DNA from: a virus
Taxonomy: Duplodnaviria > Caudoviricetes
Virus record (IMG/VR): IMGVR_UViG_3300014019_000001
Location: 1 to 64,000 of that record
Length of the DNA stretch: 64,000 nt
Reading direction: 5' to 3' (one strand)
Notes under the pieces: generated by a model
Told to the model about the DNA's origin: nothing
Database searches by the model: none
Seen by the model: the letters and a program-made list of their open reading frames with translations, nothing else
Shown: piece by piece, positions 45,512 to 54,869 of the stretch
Layout: each line of letters starts with the position of its first letter
Position numbering within the stretch: the first letter of the stretch is position 1
Program-made: the position numbers and the translations under genes

Positions 45512-46438
45512 GGGTTGGTAGGCGATTCCGTGGGTGGATGGGTTTCCGGCCGTGGAAGTCCGTGGTGAACCTTGGCGCGGCCACCTCACCACCGCTTTTC
45601 GATCGCCCTTCAATCTTCCTAGGCTCTTCGCTTTCTTCACCCTCTACGCGTTCACGCTGTCGCTCACTCTAGCCTCAGTCTCCCTATAGCTCTCCTAGGC
45701 TACGCTCCTTTCTACAGTCGCACGTTCACCTCATACGCACCTGGTCTTCTCCGGCTCGTGCTTCTTCTGGTGATCGCCCTTTCGCTCATTCGGGAAATAG
45801 CTATTTCGTGTGATCGCTATTGCGCTACGCCAGTGTGTTGCCAGTTGCTGCGTCTCCTGTGTGCTGTTTCGCTCAGGGTTGATCACCTGATAGCGTCCAT
45901 GACTCTTCTGCGTGTCGTTGCTGCTCTCGGGCGTGTTTGCTTGCTGGTGAGCTTCTATGCGTCTTTGAGGGTTTCGCCTGTTCATGGCTGTAGCGGTTTA
46001 CCGAAATCGCTTTTTCGCTATTTACGGATTTGGCTGCAAACCTGGTGCTAAGCTAGGGCTAAGGATCCTCTTATTCCGGATAAGAAGGTTGGCGGCCGGG
46101 CCTAGGTTCATTTCGATGGCGAAACGGTATGGAGCCATGGGATTGAGCGCCCGTGGAAGGCCGTGGAGTTGACGGCGCGCAAAGGAAAGGGCAGAGCGCG
46201 GAGAAAGGATAAGCCGCGACATCTGCCCTTTGGTAGGTGCCCAAGCACCCGGCGAGCGATAGTTTGCAGACTACCGCCGCCCTTCCTTTGCCTGACCTGC
46301 CGGGGGAGAAACTCCGGCATTCAGTGCTGTCGGTGTTATTCCACTAGGAGGGCGCATGAATCCCACCTGCTTGCACGACCGCCGACTGCGCGCTAGTAAC
46401 CGCTTACTTAGTTATAGCGGCCGGAGAGAGGCTTGCGC

Positions 46439-46612
46439 CTATTCTTCGACGGGCTCTGCCTGGTAGTCCTCGAAGAAGTTCTCAACGCCGAGGCGTTTTG
46501 CCTCTGCCTGTGCCTCGGTGATTCCGGCCGATGGTGTTCCGGTCCAGGTGAAGATGTGGACGCGACGCTTGGCCGGTGCGCTGTAGGCGGTGATCTTGTG
46601 GCGCATTGTCAT
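46439..46612 (-). CDS. Hypothetical protein (57 aa, not in ORF track)
   Basis: RBS AAAGGGG; MTMRHKITAY... Confidence 0.55.
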   Translation of the reverse strand: MTMRHKITAYSAPAKRRVHIFTWTGTPSAGITEAQAEAKRLGVENFFEDYQAEPVEE

Positions 46613-46618
46613 TCCCCT

Positions 46619-46843
46619 TTAGGCCAGTCGGATGATGTCGAAGAGCAGGTGAATGTTGTTCCAGATCTCCTGCTGTTCCTCGGAGCCGTCAGCTACGGGC
46701 ATGACGTCGTTGTTCTGCTCCTCGGCGCGCTGGGCGGCCTCTACCGGGTCGTGGCCGTATTGCGTCGCGTCGATGATTGCCTTGAGGACGCGGTGCTGGG
46801 CTTCCGTCAGCACGATGGTTTTGGTCTTCTTCGGCTTGCTCAT
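46619..46843 (-). CDS. Hypothetical protein
   Basis: RBS GGAG; start MSKPKK. Confidence 0.6.
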   Translation of the reverse strand: MSKPKKTKTIVLTEAQHRVLKAIIDATQYGHDPVEAAQRAEEQNNDVMPVADGSEEQQEIWNNIHLLFDIIRLA

Positions 46844-46920
46844 CGCTTGTCTCCGTCTCGCGTTTCGATGATTCACTGTCGCACGACGCGAGACGGGTTG
46901 CGGGAGGGCCGTGACGGCTG

Positions 46921-47211
46921 TTATCGGGTGCGCAGGTAGTCGTAGTTCCGCAGGTAGTTGCGGATGACAATCGGTGTGAGCTGGGTCAGCACGGCTTCGT
47001 CGTTGATCAGGTCACGCATAGCGGCACCAGTGAGGAACAGGTGCGCCGGCAGGTTCGGCACATGGTTGTTCTGCGGCGAACGCGGGCAGCGGAAGCGAAG
47101 ACGGCGCGACAGCAGTTTGACGCGCCCGACATACTCGCCGTTGACATACGCCTTGGCGAGTTCGTGATCGATGGTGTCGTAGGTGACGTTCAGGGCGATG
47201 GGCTTTGTCAT
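46921..47211 (-). CDS. Hypothetical protein
   Basis: ATGA-coupled; start MTKPIAL. Confidence 0.55.
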   Translation of the reverse strand: MTKPIALNVTYDTIDHELAKAYVNGEYVGRVKLLSRRLRFRCPRSPQNNHVPNLPAHLFLTGAAMRDLINDEAVLTQLTPIVIRNYLRNYDYLRTR

Positions 47212-47537
47212 GTTCGATACTCTCCGGTTTTGTGATGGCGGAACAGCATGGTGGCGGGGCACCAGATCCAACCTTCTCGCGCCATGGCTTGGCGATGCTC
47301 CTCTTCCAGCTCGCGGCGGCGCTTCGTCTCGGCCTCCTTCTGGCGCGCCAGGAGCTGACCTTCCGGACTCTCGGTAAACTGAGTGTCCTTGATCCACCTC
47401 TCGGCGTCGGCGTAGCTGTAGGTCGTGTAGCAGGGGGTCAATGACCAATTCTTGAGCGGCCATGGACCGAGCGCCTTGCGGACGAAATAGGTGATGGAGG
47501 TGCCGGAGGCGCGGGGCTCGATCTTGTATTCAGCCAT
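47208..47537 (-). CDS. Hypothetical protein
   Basis: RBS GGAGAG; phage-like codon usage. Confidence 0.6.
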   Translation of the reverse strand: MAEYKIEPRASGTSITYFVRKALGPWPLKNWSLTPCYTTYSYADAERWIKDTQFTESPEGQLLARQKEAETKRRRELEEEHRQAMAREGWIWCPATMLFRHHKTGEYRT

Positions 47538-47621
47538 GGATTCTCTCCATGATCACGGAGATGGTCGCGAGCAGCATGAGCGCGACCAGGACTGTCGCCA
47601 TGATGTGGTCGGCGAAGGTCT

Positions 47622-47906
47622 TCATCGGATGTTCCTCTCGCACCAGAAGTCGATCCAGTCGTCTGTGCCGGTGTCAGCGATGCGCTCGTCTTCCGGCAGG
47701 CCGTTCACGATCAGGCACCAGCCAATGCGTCGTCCGCCTTCGTGCTCAAACAGGATCACCTGGGCCTCATCGACGGCGTTCACGGCTGCCTCGGCGCGTG
47801 AGGCACGCGTGCCTTGGTAGTCGGGCTCATCGCCGCCGCCGTCGACCACGATGAAGTGCCCGGCGTCAGCAGCGTCTTTGAGGAGCTTGCGAACGAAGTT
47901 CGTCAT
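47622..47906 (-). CDS. Hypothetical protein
   Basis: ORF in minus-strand operon. Confidence 0.6.
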   Translation of the reverse strand: MTNFVRKLLKDAADAGHFIVVDGGGDEPDYQGTRASRAEAAVNAVDEAQVILFEHEGGRRIGWCLIVNGLPEDERIADTGTDDWIDFWCERNIR

Positions 47907-47908
47907 GG

Positions 47909-48154
47909 TCAGCTCCTCTGCAGGATCTCGGTGACGGCGGCGGAGGCCAGGGCGAGCGTCGGATGACCTCCGTGATCCCTCATGCCGGTGATCTGCCCGG
48001 CGCCGTCGCGATAATATTGATTGACCCAGAACTCGCCGAAGGAGTGCTGGATGGCAAAGTCCGACTCCTTGCCGTCTACGAGAACGACCGTCTGGTCATC
48101 CTCGGACTCAGGGCACTCGGACGCTTCGAAGCGAAAGGTGATCTGTTTGGTCAC
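47909..48154 (-). CDS. Hypothetical protein
   Basis: RBS AGGAG downstream of promoter/operator. Confidence 0.6.
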   Translation of the reverse strand: MTKQITFRFEASECPESEDDQTVVLVDGKESDFAIQHSFGEFWVNQYYRDGAGQITGMRDHGGHPTLALASAAVTEILQRS

Positions 48155-48232
48155 TGCTGTTCTCCTAAGTAATTCAATACTTAGAGAATAGCGTTTCGAC
48201 AGCCGGGTTACGGCTGGTTTGTTGCGGTAGGC

Positions 48233-48862
48233 TTAGGGAGTCGTCTTGGACTGCAGGTAGTGGCGATAGTAGCCGGTGCGCTCCACGGGCTCGAACTCGA
48301 TGAGTTCCTCGGAACTGATCAGCGCCGGCAGACCTTCCTTCAGGACCTTGGCTGCATTCTCACCGGTGATCTGGTGAAGGACGATCGCCTTCACGCTGAT
48401 GGTGGGCACGGCATCCGGGTTCTTCGACCATGCCTTTGCCTGGACAGCGCGCACCTGGCGAGTGACCTCCCGGAGGGTCGGGAGTGAGTAGGTTTTGCCG
48501 CCGTGCTGGAATTCGTAGATCGTGACGCCCTTGGCTCGGCCTGACTTCCTCTTGGCCCGTTTGGCGCGGGGCGGTTTCGCCTTGGCAGCCTGGCGCCGGA
48601 TCTCAGGAAGGTTGTTATGCGCCCGGCGGCCGGCATCGGTCAGCTCCACACCGCCCGTTTCGTTGAAGGCGACGAAATCGATGCCTAGGAGCTTTCGGAT
48701 CAGCACAGCGCCCACGAAGCGGCCGGCGGCCGGCTTGCTGGTGTGGTTGTTGCCTACACCCCAGACGTTGAAGCCAGCCGGGTAAAGCGCGCCCTCTCCG
48801 AGGAGACGAAGGGCGGATTTCATGGCTGGGGTGACGATGACGTCTTTTCCGGATTCGCTCAT
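48233..48862 (-). CDS. Hypothetical basic protein, possible N-terminal wHTH
   Basis: TPAMKSALRLL...ELTDAGR pattern. Confidence 0.55.
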   Translation of the reverse strand: MSESGKDVIVTPAMKSALRLLGEGALYPAGFNVWGVGNNHTSKPAAGRFVGAVLIRKLLGIDFVAFNETGGVELTDAGRRAHNNLPEIRRQAAKAKPPRAKRAKRKSGRAKGVTIYEFQHGGKTYSLPTLREVTRQVRAVQAKAWSKNPDAVPTISVKAIVLHQITGENAAKVLKEGLPALISSEELIEFEPVERTGYYRHYLQSKTTP

Positions 48863-48917
48863 GGCAGTGGCTTATCTTATTGCGGATAAGATGAGCTAGA
48901 TTGCCCGGAAGGATAGG

Positions 48918-49196
48918 TCAACCCTGAGTGTCAGCCTGGCGAGATCGCGGCGGGTAGATGTTCACCCGGAAGAGGGGCTTCATCATGCCGCTGTTCTTCA
49001 TCATCGCCATGGCGTTGTCGGCCACGTCCCGGTCTTCGAACTTGTTGCCGTGGACGACTCGCCCGCTGTCGTCGTAGACCGTCATGAAGCCGATGGGCTC
49101 AGGTTTGCGGAGCTCGCCAAGGACCTCAAGGTCATCCTCGATCATCTCCGCAATCCACCTCTCCAGATCGTCGAGTGGATCGCTTGCAGCGTTCAT
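48918..49196 (-). CDS. Hypothetical protein
   Basis: ATGA-coupled; start MNAASDP. Confidence 0.5.
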   Translation of the reverse strand: MNAASDPLDDLERWIAEMIEDDLEVLGELRKPEPIGFMTVYDDSGRVVHGNKFEDRDVADNAMAMMKNSGMMKPLFRVNIYPPRSRQADTQG

Positions 49197-49819
49197 CGCC
49201 GTGGCCCCTCCAGTTTCTCGACGGCGATCCAGAACTTCTGCTTCTGATACAGGTCGGTTCTGCTGACCAGAGCAGTGTCCCGGTCCAGGCGATGGACATG
49301 CACAGATCCGGGCGTGTGGCCTTTCACGTCGTCTCTGATGCGCGCCAGGCCGGGCACGGAGAACGGAAGCGAGAGGGTCGGCTCGCGGGGCGTCGACAGC
49401 AATGATGCCTTGATCTTCGGGAGATTGATGGGTTCCGGAAACTGCACCTCGATCGGAATGAGGTTCGTCGGGCAGTCTCCTTTGCCGCCCGTCGTCCGGC
49501 CGAGGTCGCCACAGGAATCGGAGCGGTTGTAACGGTGAATGCCCTTGTCGCAGAAGACGCACTCGTAGCCCTTGGTGTCGGCGCGACCCTTGATCGTGAC
49601 CAGCTCGCCGCCGAGGCTCATATAGGTCTTGCCGACCTCGAACCGGAAATTCTCCGGCGCGTTGATGTCCGGGCGAAATTTCAGCAAGCAGGCGATCGCC
49701 TGGAGACGATTGCGCGTGTTGGTGTCGAGGATCTTTTCGCCGCCGAGCTTCCACAGCCAGTCGGCGTGCGACCATACCTTCGGATCGATCTTGGCTTCGT
49801 ATTCTGCCATTGTGGTCAT
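49193..49819 (-). CDS. Hypothetical protein
   Basis: ATGA-coupled ORF. Confidence 0.6.
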   Translation of the reverse strand: MTTMAEYEAKIDPKVWSHADWLWKLGGEKILDTNTRNRLQAIACLLKFRPDINAPENFRFEVGKTYMSLGGELVTIKGRADTKGYECVFCDKGIHRYNRSDSCGDLGRTTGGKGDCPTNLIPIEVQFPEPINLPKIKASLLSTPREPTLSLPFSVPGLARIRDDVKGHTPGSVHVHRLDRDTALVSRTDLYQKQKFWIAVEKLEGPRR

Positions 49820-50115
49820 GCTGCGAGCTCCTTTGCAGAAAGTGGGCCGGTGGGCGGCTCAAGGTCGATGAGGTGCGCGGCGGTTTCCTTCACGATCTCC
49901 TGCTTGTCGCCGACAAGCAGCCATCCGTCGTCGTCACTCAAGGGATCGTAGATGACCTGGCAATCGGGCGAGGCATACTTCTGGGCGCGTTCAAGCAGAC
50001 CATCCGGTCGATCCGAGGCGTTCTCGAACTCCTTCCAGGTGGCGAGCTTGAAGCCGTAGGACTCGACAGCCTTCAGTGAAGCATCGAAATTCGCGAGCAG
50101 TTCCTCGGTCGTCAC
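49816..50115 (-). CDS. Hypothetical protein
   Basis: Coupled ORF. Confidence 0.6.
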   Translation of the reverse strand: MTTEELLANFDASLKAVESYGFKLATWKEFENASDRPDGLLERAQKYASPDCQVIYDPLSDDDGWLLVGDKQEIVKETAAHLIDLEPPTGPLSAKELAA

Positions 50116-50351
50116 GTCGGCCTCCCGTCGCAGCAGGGGCAGGTCTCGAAACGGCCGTTGCGCTCGTCGGCGTAGTTGTAGATGGCTGCGCCGTTGACCG
50201 AAGCCTGCTCTGGATATTCTGCACAGGGGTCGCCGTGGCAGAATGCACAGGTTCCGTCAGGTCCACGGGCGTATTCGGCGATATAGGCTACTTCGCACTC
50301 GTAGCCTGAGATATGCATCTTGGGCATTGGGTTTTCCTTCTGAGGGTTCAT
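50112..50351 (-). CDS. Small Cys-rich (zinc-finger-like) protein
   Basis: CAFCHGDPC...TCPCCDG. Confidence 0.55.
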   Translation of the reverse strand: MNPQKENPMPKMHISGYECEVAYIAEYARGPDGTCAFCHGDPCAEYPEQASVNGAAIYNYADERNGRFETCPCCDGRPT

Positions 50352-50887
50352 TGATCACCCTCCGCAGCCTACTGATCCCGAATTAGCTATAGCGCTAATT
50401 GGCGATTTCGGATTCTTGGAGGGGATCGTGAGCACTCAAGCGGGCACACTTCCCGGAAATGGCTGGTTGGTCTTTTGACCGCCAAGAGCGGGGTAGGGAC
50501 TTTTCACCCAGACTGTCCGAACGGACGGGGCGACGGATTTACCGATGATCGGCTATTTGCGTTCGGAGGTAGCCACCCTCATTCGGACGTCGGCGTCGAG
50601 CGCATGTTTCTCCTCGCGTTCTGCCGGTAATTCAGGCGACCGGCGGCACCATCGTCTCAAACGTTCAGTGCTGATGGGCTGTTTGCGTCCGAGGTTGCCA
50701 TCCTCATCACTTGATCCAGGTCGTGCGCGCTCTCCTCGCTGCTCTGCTTTGATGCTTAGACAGTAGCGCGATGCGATCAGGTTTGCGGCCGGATCGTCAC
50801 GGTAAGTAAGCGGTTAGCTCTATAGCGGGACGCAGAAGGGTCGCCACGGGTTTGTGGCGAAGGTGATACGGAGGAGAGGCGGAGTGC

Positions 50888-51118
50888 TTACGAGAAGGGG
50901 TGGGGCTGGGTTTGCATGAAGAGCTCGGCCTGCCCCATGGCATCCCGATGCTGGCTGATCTGGTAGAGCTCCTCGACCGTGATCTTGAAGACCTGATCTC
51001 GGAGCCGGAGATACATGTCGCCGCTCGACCCTTGGGCGACACTCGAATCCTGATCAAGCTGGCCATCGCGAATGATGGCGTTGGCGATCATCTTGTAGAC
51101 TTCGTTCCGGCTGGTCAT
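50888..51118 (-). CDS. Hypothetical protein
   Basis: RBS GGGAG. Confidence 0.55.
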   Translation of the reverse strand: MTSRNEVYKMIANAIIRDGQLDQDSSVAQGSSGDMYLRLRDQVFKITVEELYQISQHRDAMGQAELFMQTQPHPFS

Positions 51119-51145
51119 GACTTTCTCCCAAGCTGATGAGGGAGA

Positions 51146-51367
51146 TTAAGCCATGAATCCGGTCGGAGGAAAGAACCCAGCGTAATCATCTAGGTCGTTT
51201 ACGTCGATGGTGATGTTTTCTGTCACCCCAGCGCCGTCCGTCACCTCAAAGGTGATCTTCTTGTCATCCATCATGGCGCGCATGAGTTCCTTATAAGCCT
51301 CAAGAGCTGCATGACGGTTATCGGTCACATTTTGGATCTTCGAGGTGATCGAGACGATATGGGGCAC
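51146..51367 (-). CDS. Hypothetical protein
   Basis: RBS AAGGGAG then GTG. Confidence 0.5.
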   Translation of the reverse strand: MPHIVSITSKIQNVTDNRHAALEAYKELMRAMMDDKKITFEVTDGAGVTENITIDVNDLDDYAGFFPPTGFMA

Positions 51368-51378
51368 AGCGCACTCCC

Positions 51379-51759
51379 TTAAAGGTTCTTCAGGTTCTCG
51401 AGCTCCGTGAAGCGCTCGTAGCGGATCTCCGGCGAGCGGCACCAGGCGGTGTTTTCGTAGACGCCCGTCGGCCGGCCGTTGCTCATGGCGACGACGTAGC
51501 CCATTCGGCCGACGTATCCGCCAAAGCCGTTTTTGCTGTTCGCCTTCACGCAGACGTAATTGTGGGTAGCGTTACCCATGATCCAGGAGATCTGGGCGTC
51601 ACGCACGGAGTAGGGGTCTCGAAGCGCGTCGCGCGCTGCCTCGGCGATCGCCACACGCACCGCCTTGGTGACGGGCTTCTGGCTGGCGAGCTGCTCAGGA
51701 CCGGTCATGCAGCCGGATAGTGCAACGGCTGCGGTAGTGAGAAGGATGATTGAACGCAT
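51379..51759 (-). CDS. Lipoprotein
   Basis: Lipobox ALSGC; LRDPYS...VCV..NSKN.FGGYVG motif. Confidence 0.75.
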   Translation of the reverse strand: MRSIILLTTAAVALSGCMTGPEQLASQKPVTKAVRVAIAEAARDALRDPYSVRDAQISWIMGNATHNYVCVKANSKNGFGGYVGRMGYVVAMSNGRPTGVYENTAWCRSPEIRYERFTELENLKNL

Positions 51760-51839
51760 AGATACCCCTCAAACGCGAAATTCTCTCATAAGAGGAATAT
51801 AGCGATGCTGCAACGGGGTAGCGTTGGGTGCCCGAAGAC

Positions 51840-52301
51840 TCACGCCTCGTCCGGATCGATGCCGGTGATATTGTGGAGCTCGTCGAGCGACAGATGAAGC
51901 TCGTCTTCCTCGGGAATGATGTAGTCCGCGAGGTAAGTTTCAAATTCGTGGGTGGTGCGGATGCGCTCGATCAATTCGATGAAAGCCACGGCCATCAGAT
52001 CGTGGTCGGCATCTGGGTGAATTGTCCAGCCATTGGCATTGAGGAATAGGAAACCTGCGTCAAACGCCGTGCGTTTGTTGCCTTGCTCAAAAGCGTGCGC
52101 CATGGCGATACCCTCCATGTAGGATACCGCCAGATTCAGAGCATCCGGCTCTTCGTAAGCCCACAGGTTTTGAGGGCGCATAAGTGCGCCCTCAAGCTTC
52201 TCTGGGAACAACAGGGCATGATGCTCGCCTGTCGCTATGGTGTTTTCGAGATTGATATTGACGACGACTTCGGTAGGAAGCCAAATAGGTTCACTTCGCA
52301 A
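51840..52301 (-). CDS. doc: Doc/Fic-family toxin
   Basis: HAFEQGNKRT Fic motif; KLEGALMRPQN. Confidence 0.88.
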   Translation of the reverse strand: MRSEPIWLPTEVVVNINLENTIATGEHHALLFPEKLEGALMRPQNLWAYEEPDALNLAVSYMEGIAMAHAFEQGNKRTAFDAGFLFLNANGWTIHPDADHDLMAVAFIELIERIRTTHEFETYLADYIIPEEDELHLSLDELHNITGIDPDEA

Positions 52302-52434
52302 GGACGGCGTGAACCTTCGGGAAGCGCTTCATGGCGGTCGCGATCAGCTTGTCATAGTTCACCGGCGCCTTCGAAGGACGCACGTCGAACGTCTTCCTGG
52401 TTTCGGTAACGGTGATAGCTTTTACGGCGCTCAT
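52291..52434 (-). CDS. Putative antitoxin (47 aa, not in ORF track)
   Basis: MSAVKAIT...LIATAMKRFPKVHAVLAK*, overlaps doc start; RBS AGAGG. Confidence 0.6.
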   Translation of the reverse strand: MSAVKAITVTETRKTFDVRPSKAPVNYDKLIATAMKRFPKVHAVLAK

Positions 52435-52567
52435 AGTAGTGGCCTCTCTTTATGCGATCTGTTTTATCAGTTGAGTCTTAGGGATGCAAACTGAATCAAC
52501 AGGAGGCGAACGGGCAGCGAGCAGCGATGTTCCCCTAAAGTTACGCATTGACTCATGAAGCCATAGT

Positions 52568-52582
52568 GAACAAATAAGGAAC
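52568..52582 (+). promoter_or_regulatory. Alphaproteobacterial LexA (SOS) box
   Basis: GAAC-AAATAAG-GAAC immediately before the ATG at 52583. Confidence 0.8.
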
Positions 52583-52873
52583 ATGAGGCATCGACGTGGC
52601 ATTGACCTGACAGTGCGGGAGAGCCGCTACGACATTCTTTACCTGGGACCGCTCCTGGATCCGGTGCATACGACCTTTGACGATATCCCGGAGTGGCACG
52701 CCCTGGGCGGCCATTGTGCCCGTTGCGAGCGCACCGGCTGGATCAACCGCTGGGAGGTCTCAAGGAAGTGGGGCAAGCACACTTTCCTAGGCTCACTCGC
52801 CGGTCGACTGAGGTGCTTAGGGTGCGGCAACAAGGATGGGAACAAGTGGATTCTCGGCAAGCTGCCAAGATAA
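52583..52873 (+). CDS. Zinc-ribbon protein, SOS-controlled
   Basis: CARC...LRCLGCG. Confidence 0.7.
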   Translation: MRHRRGIDLTVRESRYDILYLGPLLDPVHTTFDDIPEWHALGGHCARCERTGWINRWEVSRKWGKHTFLGSLAGRLRCLGCGNKDGNKWILGKLPR

Positions 52874-52934
52874 TTCTTGCAAAATAAATAGTGGCCACTA
52901 AATATATAACCGTCGCTAACGAAAGGAGACGGTT

Positions 52935-53276
52935 ATGGAAAGAAGGCATGAGGATCAGATGCGCGCCGTGATCGAGCGCGTTCAAACCCACGGCGTCGCA
53001 GAGGTTCTGAAGAGTGAGATCCGCTTGTGGTTTGGCCAGGACAGAGTAGGGCGCCGCACCTGGCGCCAGATCGCCCAGATGTGGCGCGAGACCAGTCAGG
53101 ACATCTCCAAGCACAAGATGTTGGTCGGCGGGCTCGACACCGAGCATTGGTATTTCGTCTATGCCTACAACGCACCGACCAACGCGGCTTCGTATCTCAA
53201 GGACGTGCGTTACCTCGCCGGCGAGGTCAATCCGGAAGGGCTGCCGGTTGCAATTCCGGAAGACGGCGAGGAGTGA
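52935..53276 (+). CDS. Hypothetical protein
   Basis: RBS AAAGGAG and AT-rich promoter region upstream. Confidence 0.65.
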   Translation: MERRHEDQMRAVIERVQTHGVAEVLKSEIRLWFGQDRVGRRTWRQIAQMWRETSQDISKHKMLVGGLDTEHWYFVYAYNAPTNAASYLKDVRYLAGEVNPEGLPVAIPEDGEE

Positions 53277-53348
53277 ATATTGCCTAGGAGCGAGCGTAGT
53301 TGATACGCTCGTCTTCCTGAACCTGCCATGGGAGCGGCGGCCGGATTG

Positions 53349-53363
53349 TTAACCACCTGTTAA
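53349..53363. promoter_or_regulatory. CtrA-type box
   Basis: TTAA-CCACCTG-TTAA plus nearby GGTTAA and CCATTAA half-sites. Confidence 0.6.
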
Positions 53364-53450
53364 GGTTAATGGTTTCTTACGCTGAAAACTCTAGTGGACC
53401 ATTAAGGTTCGCTAGAGAGGAGGGTAGGGAAGGAGAGGGTGTTGCTGCTC

Positions 53451-53972
53451 TCACAAATACCTTCCCAGGAACTGGCGCACTTCGTCATCGGTCATGTCGC
53501 CGAGGTCGCTGGCGCCAGGGCAGACAAGAACGTCATCGCCGAGCTTCGCCAGCGGCACACCGCTTGGTCCAGGGTCACACACCGCAACCGTTGCTCTCGA
53601 TATCGAGCGCAGCCAAGGAATGATCTGCTTCGGATCGTTCGACAGCGTGCCGATGCCGGCCAAGCCCAGGTTATGAACGCGCACGGCATCGAACAGGCCT
53701 TCCATCAGGAAGAGAGGGCCGGGGCGGTCAAAGGTTTCCAGTCCGAACACAGCGATGTGCCCGTTTGATCGATAGGTGTAGTAACGCCCGTCGCGCGGAT
53801 GGTTCTTCGCCTTCTTGTCAGCATCTGGGCGATACTGCTGATAGCCGCACAGCACGCCTGACAGATTGTAGAGCATAAAGGTCGCGACACGCTCCCGCTC
53901 ATCGATCGCTGGTGAATAGAGGGAGAAGTCGACGTGCCGGTCCTTCAGGTGCTGAATCATTGAAGGTGTCAT
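53451..53972 (-). CDS. Toprim-domain primase-like protein
   Basis: GYQQYRP, FLMEGLFDA, AVCD.G, DLGD. Confidence 0.75.
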   Translation of the reverse strand: MTPSMIQHLKDRHVDFSLYSPAIDERERVATFMLYNLSGVLCGYQQYRPDADKKAKNHPRDGRYYTYRSNGHIAVFGLETFDRPGPLFLMEGLFDAVRVHNLGLAGIGTLSNDPKQIIPWLRSISRATVAVCDPGPSGVPLAKLGDDVLVCPGASDLGDMTDDEVRQFLGRYL

Positions 53973-54196
53973 CCGCCCACCTGCTCGGCCATAAGGGCGT
54001 ATTTGGCTTCGAGCACAGGCACCAGCGCCAGCATCTCCGTCTCGGTCAGATCGTCGTGCTCCTCGATCTCGGGAATGATGCCGCCCTCATCGGGGTCGCC
54101 GCGCACCAGGATGTCGTAATAGTGGATCTCCTCACCGCGCTCAGCGATGCGATCATCGTGCATGGCGAAGACCTGAATCTCGGTCGCAGGCGTCAC
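53969..54196 (-). CDS. Hypothetical acidic protein
   Basis: GTGA-coupled ORF. Confidence 0.5.
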   Translation of the reverse strand: MTPATEIQVFAMHDDRIAERGEEIHYYDILVRGDPDEGGIIPEIEEHDDLTETEMLALVPVLEAKYALMAEQVGG

Positions 54197-54384
54197 TTGC
54201 TTTCTTCCTTGAGGCAGCTCGGGCAAACGTCTTCCCGGAAATTGACGTCCGGCTCGCAAACGATGCGCCAGCCGGCCTCTTGCGCGGCTCTCTTGGTCTC
54301 GCCGTCGTAGGGCCAGGGAAGGTTCAGGCTGAACGTCGTCACCTTGCATCGATCACACAGAATGTATCGGCCGCCTTGGGGCAT
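54193..54384 (-). CDS. Small zinc-finger protein
   Basis: CDRC...GW...DVCPSC. Confidence 0.6.
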   Translation of the reverse strand: MPQGGRYILCDRCKVTTFSLNLPWPYDGETKRAAQEAGWRIVCEPDVNFREDVCPSCLKEESK

Positions 54385-54659
54385 CAGAATCTCCCGTATT
54401 TGGGGCTGGAGCGCATCGCGTCAGCCTCGGCTAGACGGAGCGCCCGTTCACCGGAACGGTGCTCGCGGACTCCCTGTGCGCCTTCTGCGAGGTAGATTTC
54501 GTGTTCCTCTTCCGTATCGAAGGCGTCGGTGCAGAAGCTGCATGGAGGATTGCCCGTCCAGCACGAACATCCACGGTCGAGTAACTCGCCATCCGGATCT
54601 TCGAATATCTTTCTCTCCGCTGGCGCTCCGTGATGAGCTGGAAGATTAAGTCGCATCAC
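54384..54659 (-). CDS. Small Cys-rich protein
   Basis: GCSC..NPPCSFC. Confidence 0.6.
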   Translation of the reverse strand: MMRLNLPAHHGAPAERKIFEDPDGELLDRGCSCWTGNPPCSFCTDAFDTEEEHEIYLAEGAQGVREHRSGERALRLAEADAMRSSPKYGRF

Positions 54660-54665
54660 TCGACC

Positions 54666-54869
54666 TCATTGGAGAGCGACCCGGAGCGAGATCCTCTGGT
54701 CTTCGTTACCGACGAAGTGAATGACCTGCTCGACCATGTGAATGTCGCCTCGTGGCGCGCTGTCGATGATCAGGATCTCGCCGGCTCTAGGAACGTGTTT
54801 GAGATTGACCTCCCAATACCGCCCGGTCAGTTCCTGCGTATCGCTGACCTCTTCCACTTGAACCTTCAT
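54666..54869 (-). CDS. Hypothetical protein
   Basis: Start MKVQVEE; VPR.GE..V..V.H pattern. Confidence 0.5.
   Translation of the reverse strand: MKVQVEEVSDTQELTGRYWEVNLKHVPRAGEILIIDSAPRGDIHMVEQVIHFVGNEDQRISLRVALQ

Larger units (their letters stand above)
44000..46166. repeat. Clusters of CCRYGG hexamers at 10-bp spacing
   Basis: e.g. 44000/44010/44020, 44109/44119, 44270/44280, 45268/45288/45298/45308/45318, 45550/45560, 46151/46161. Confidence 0.8.
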
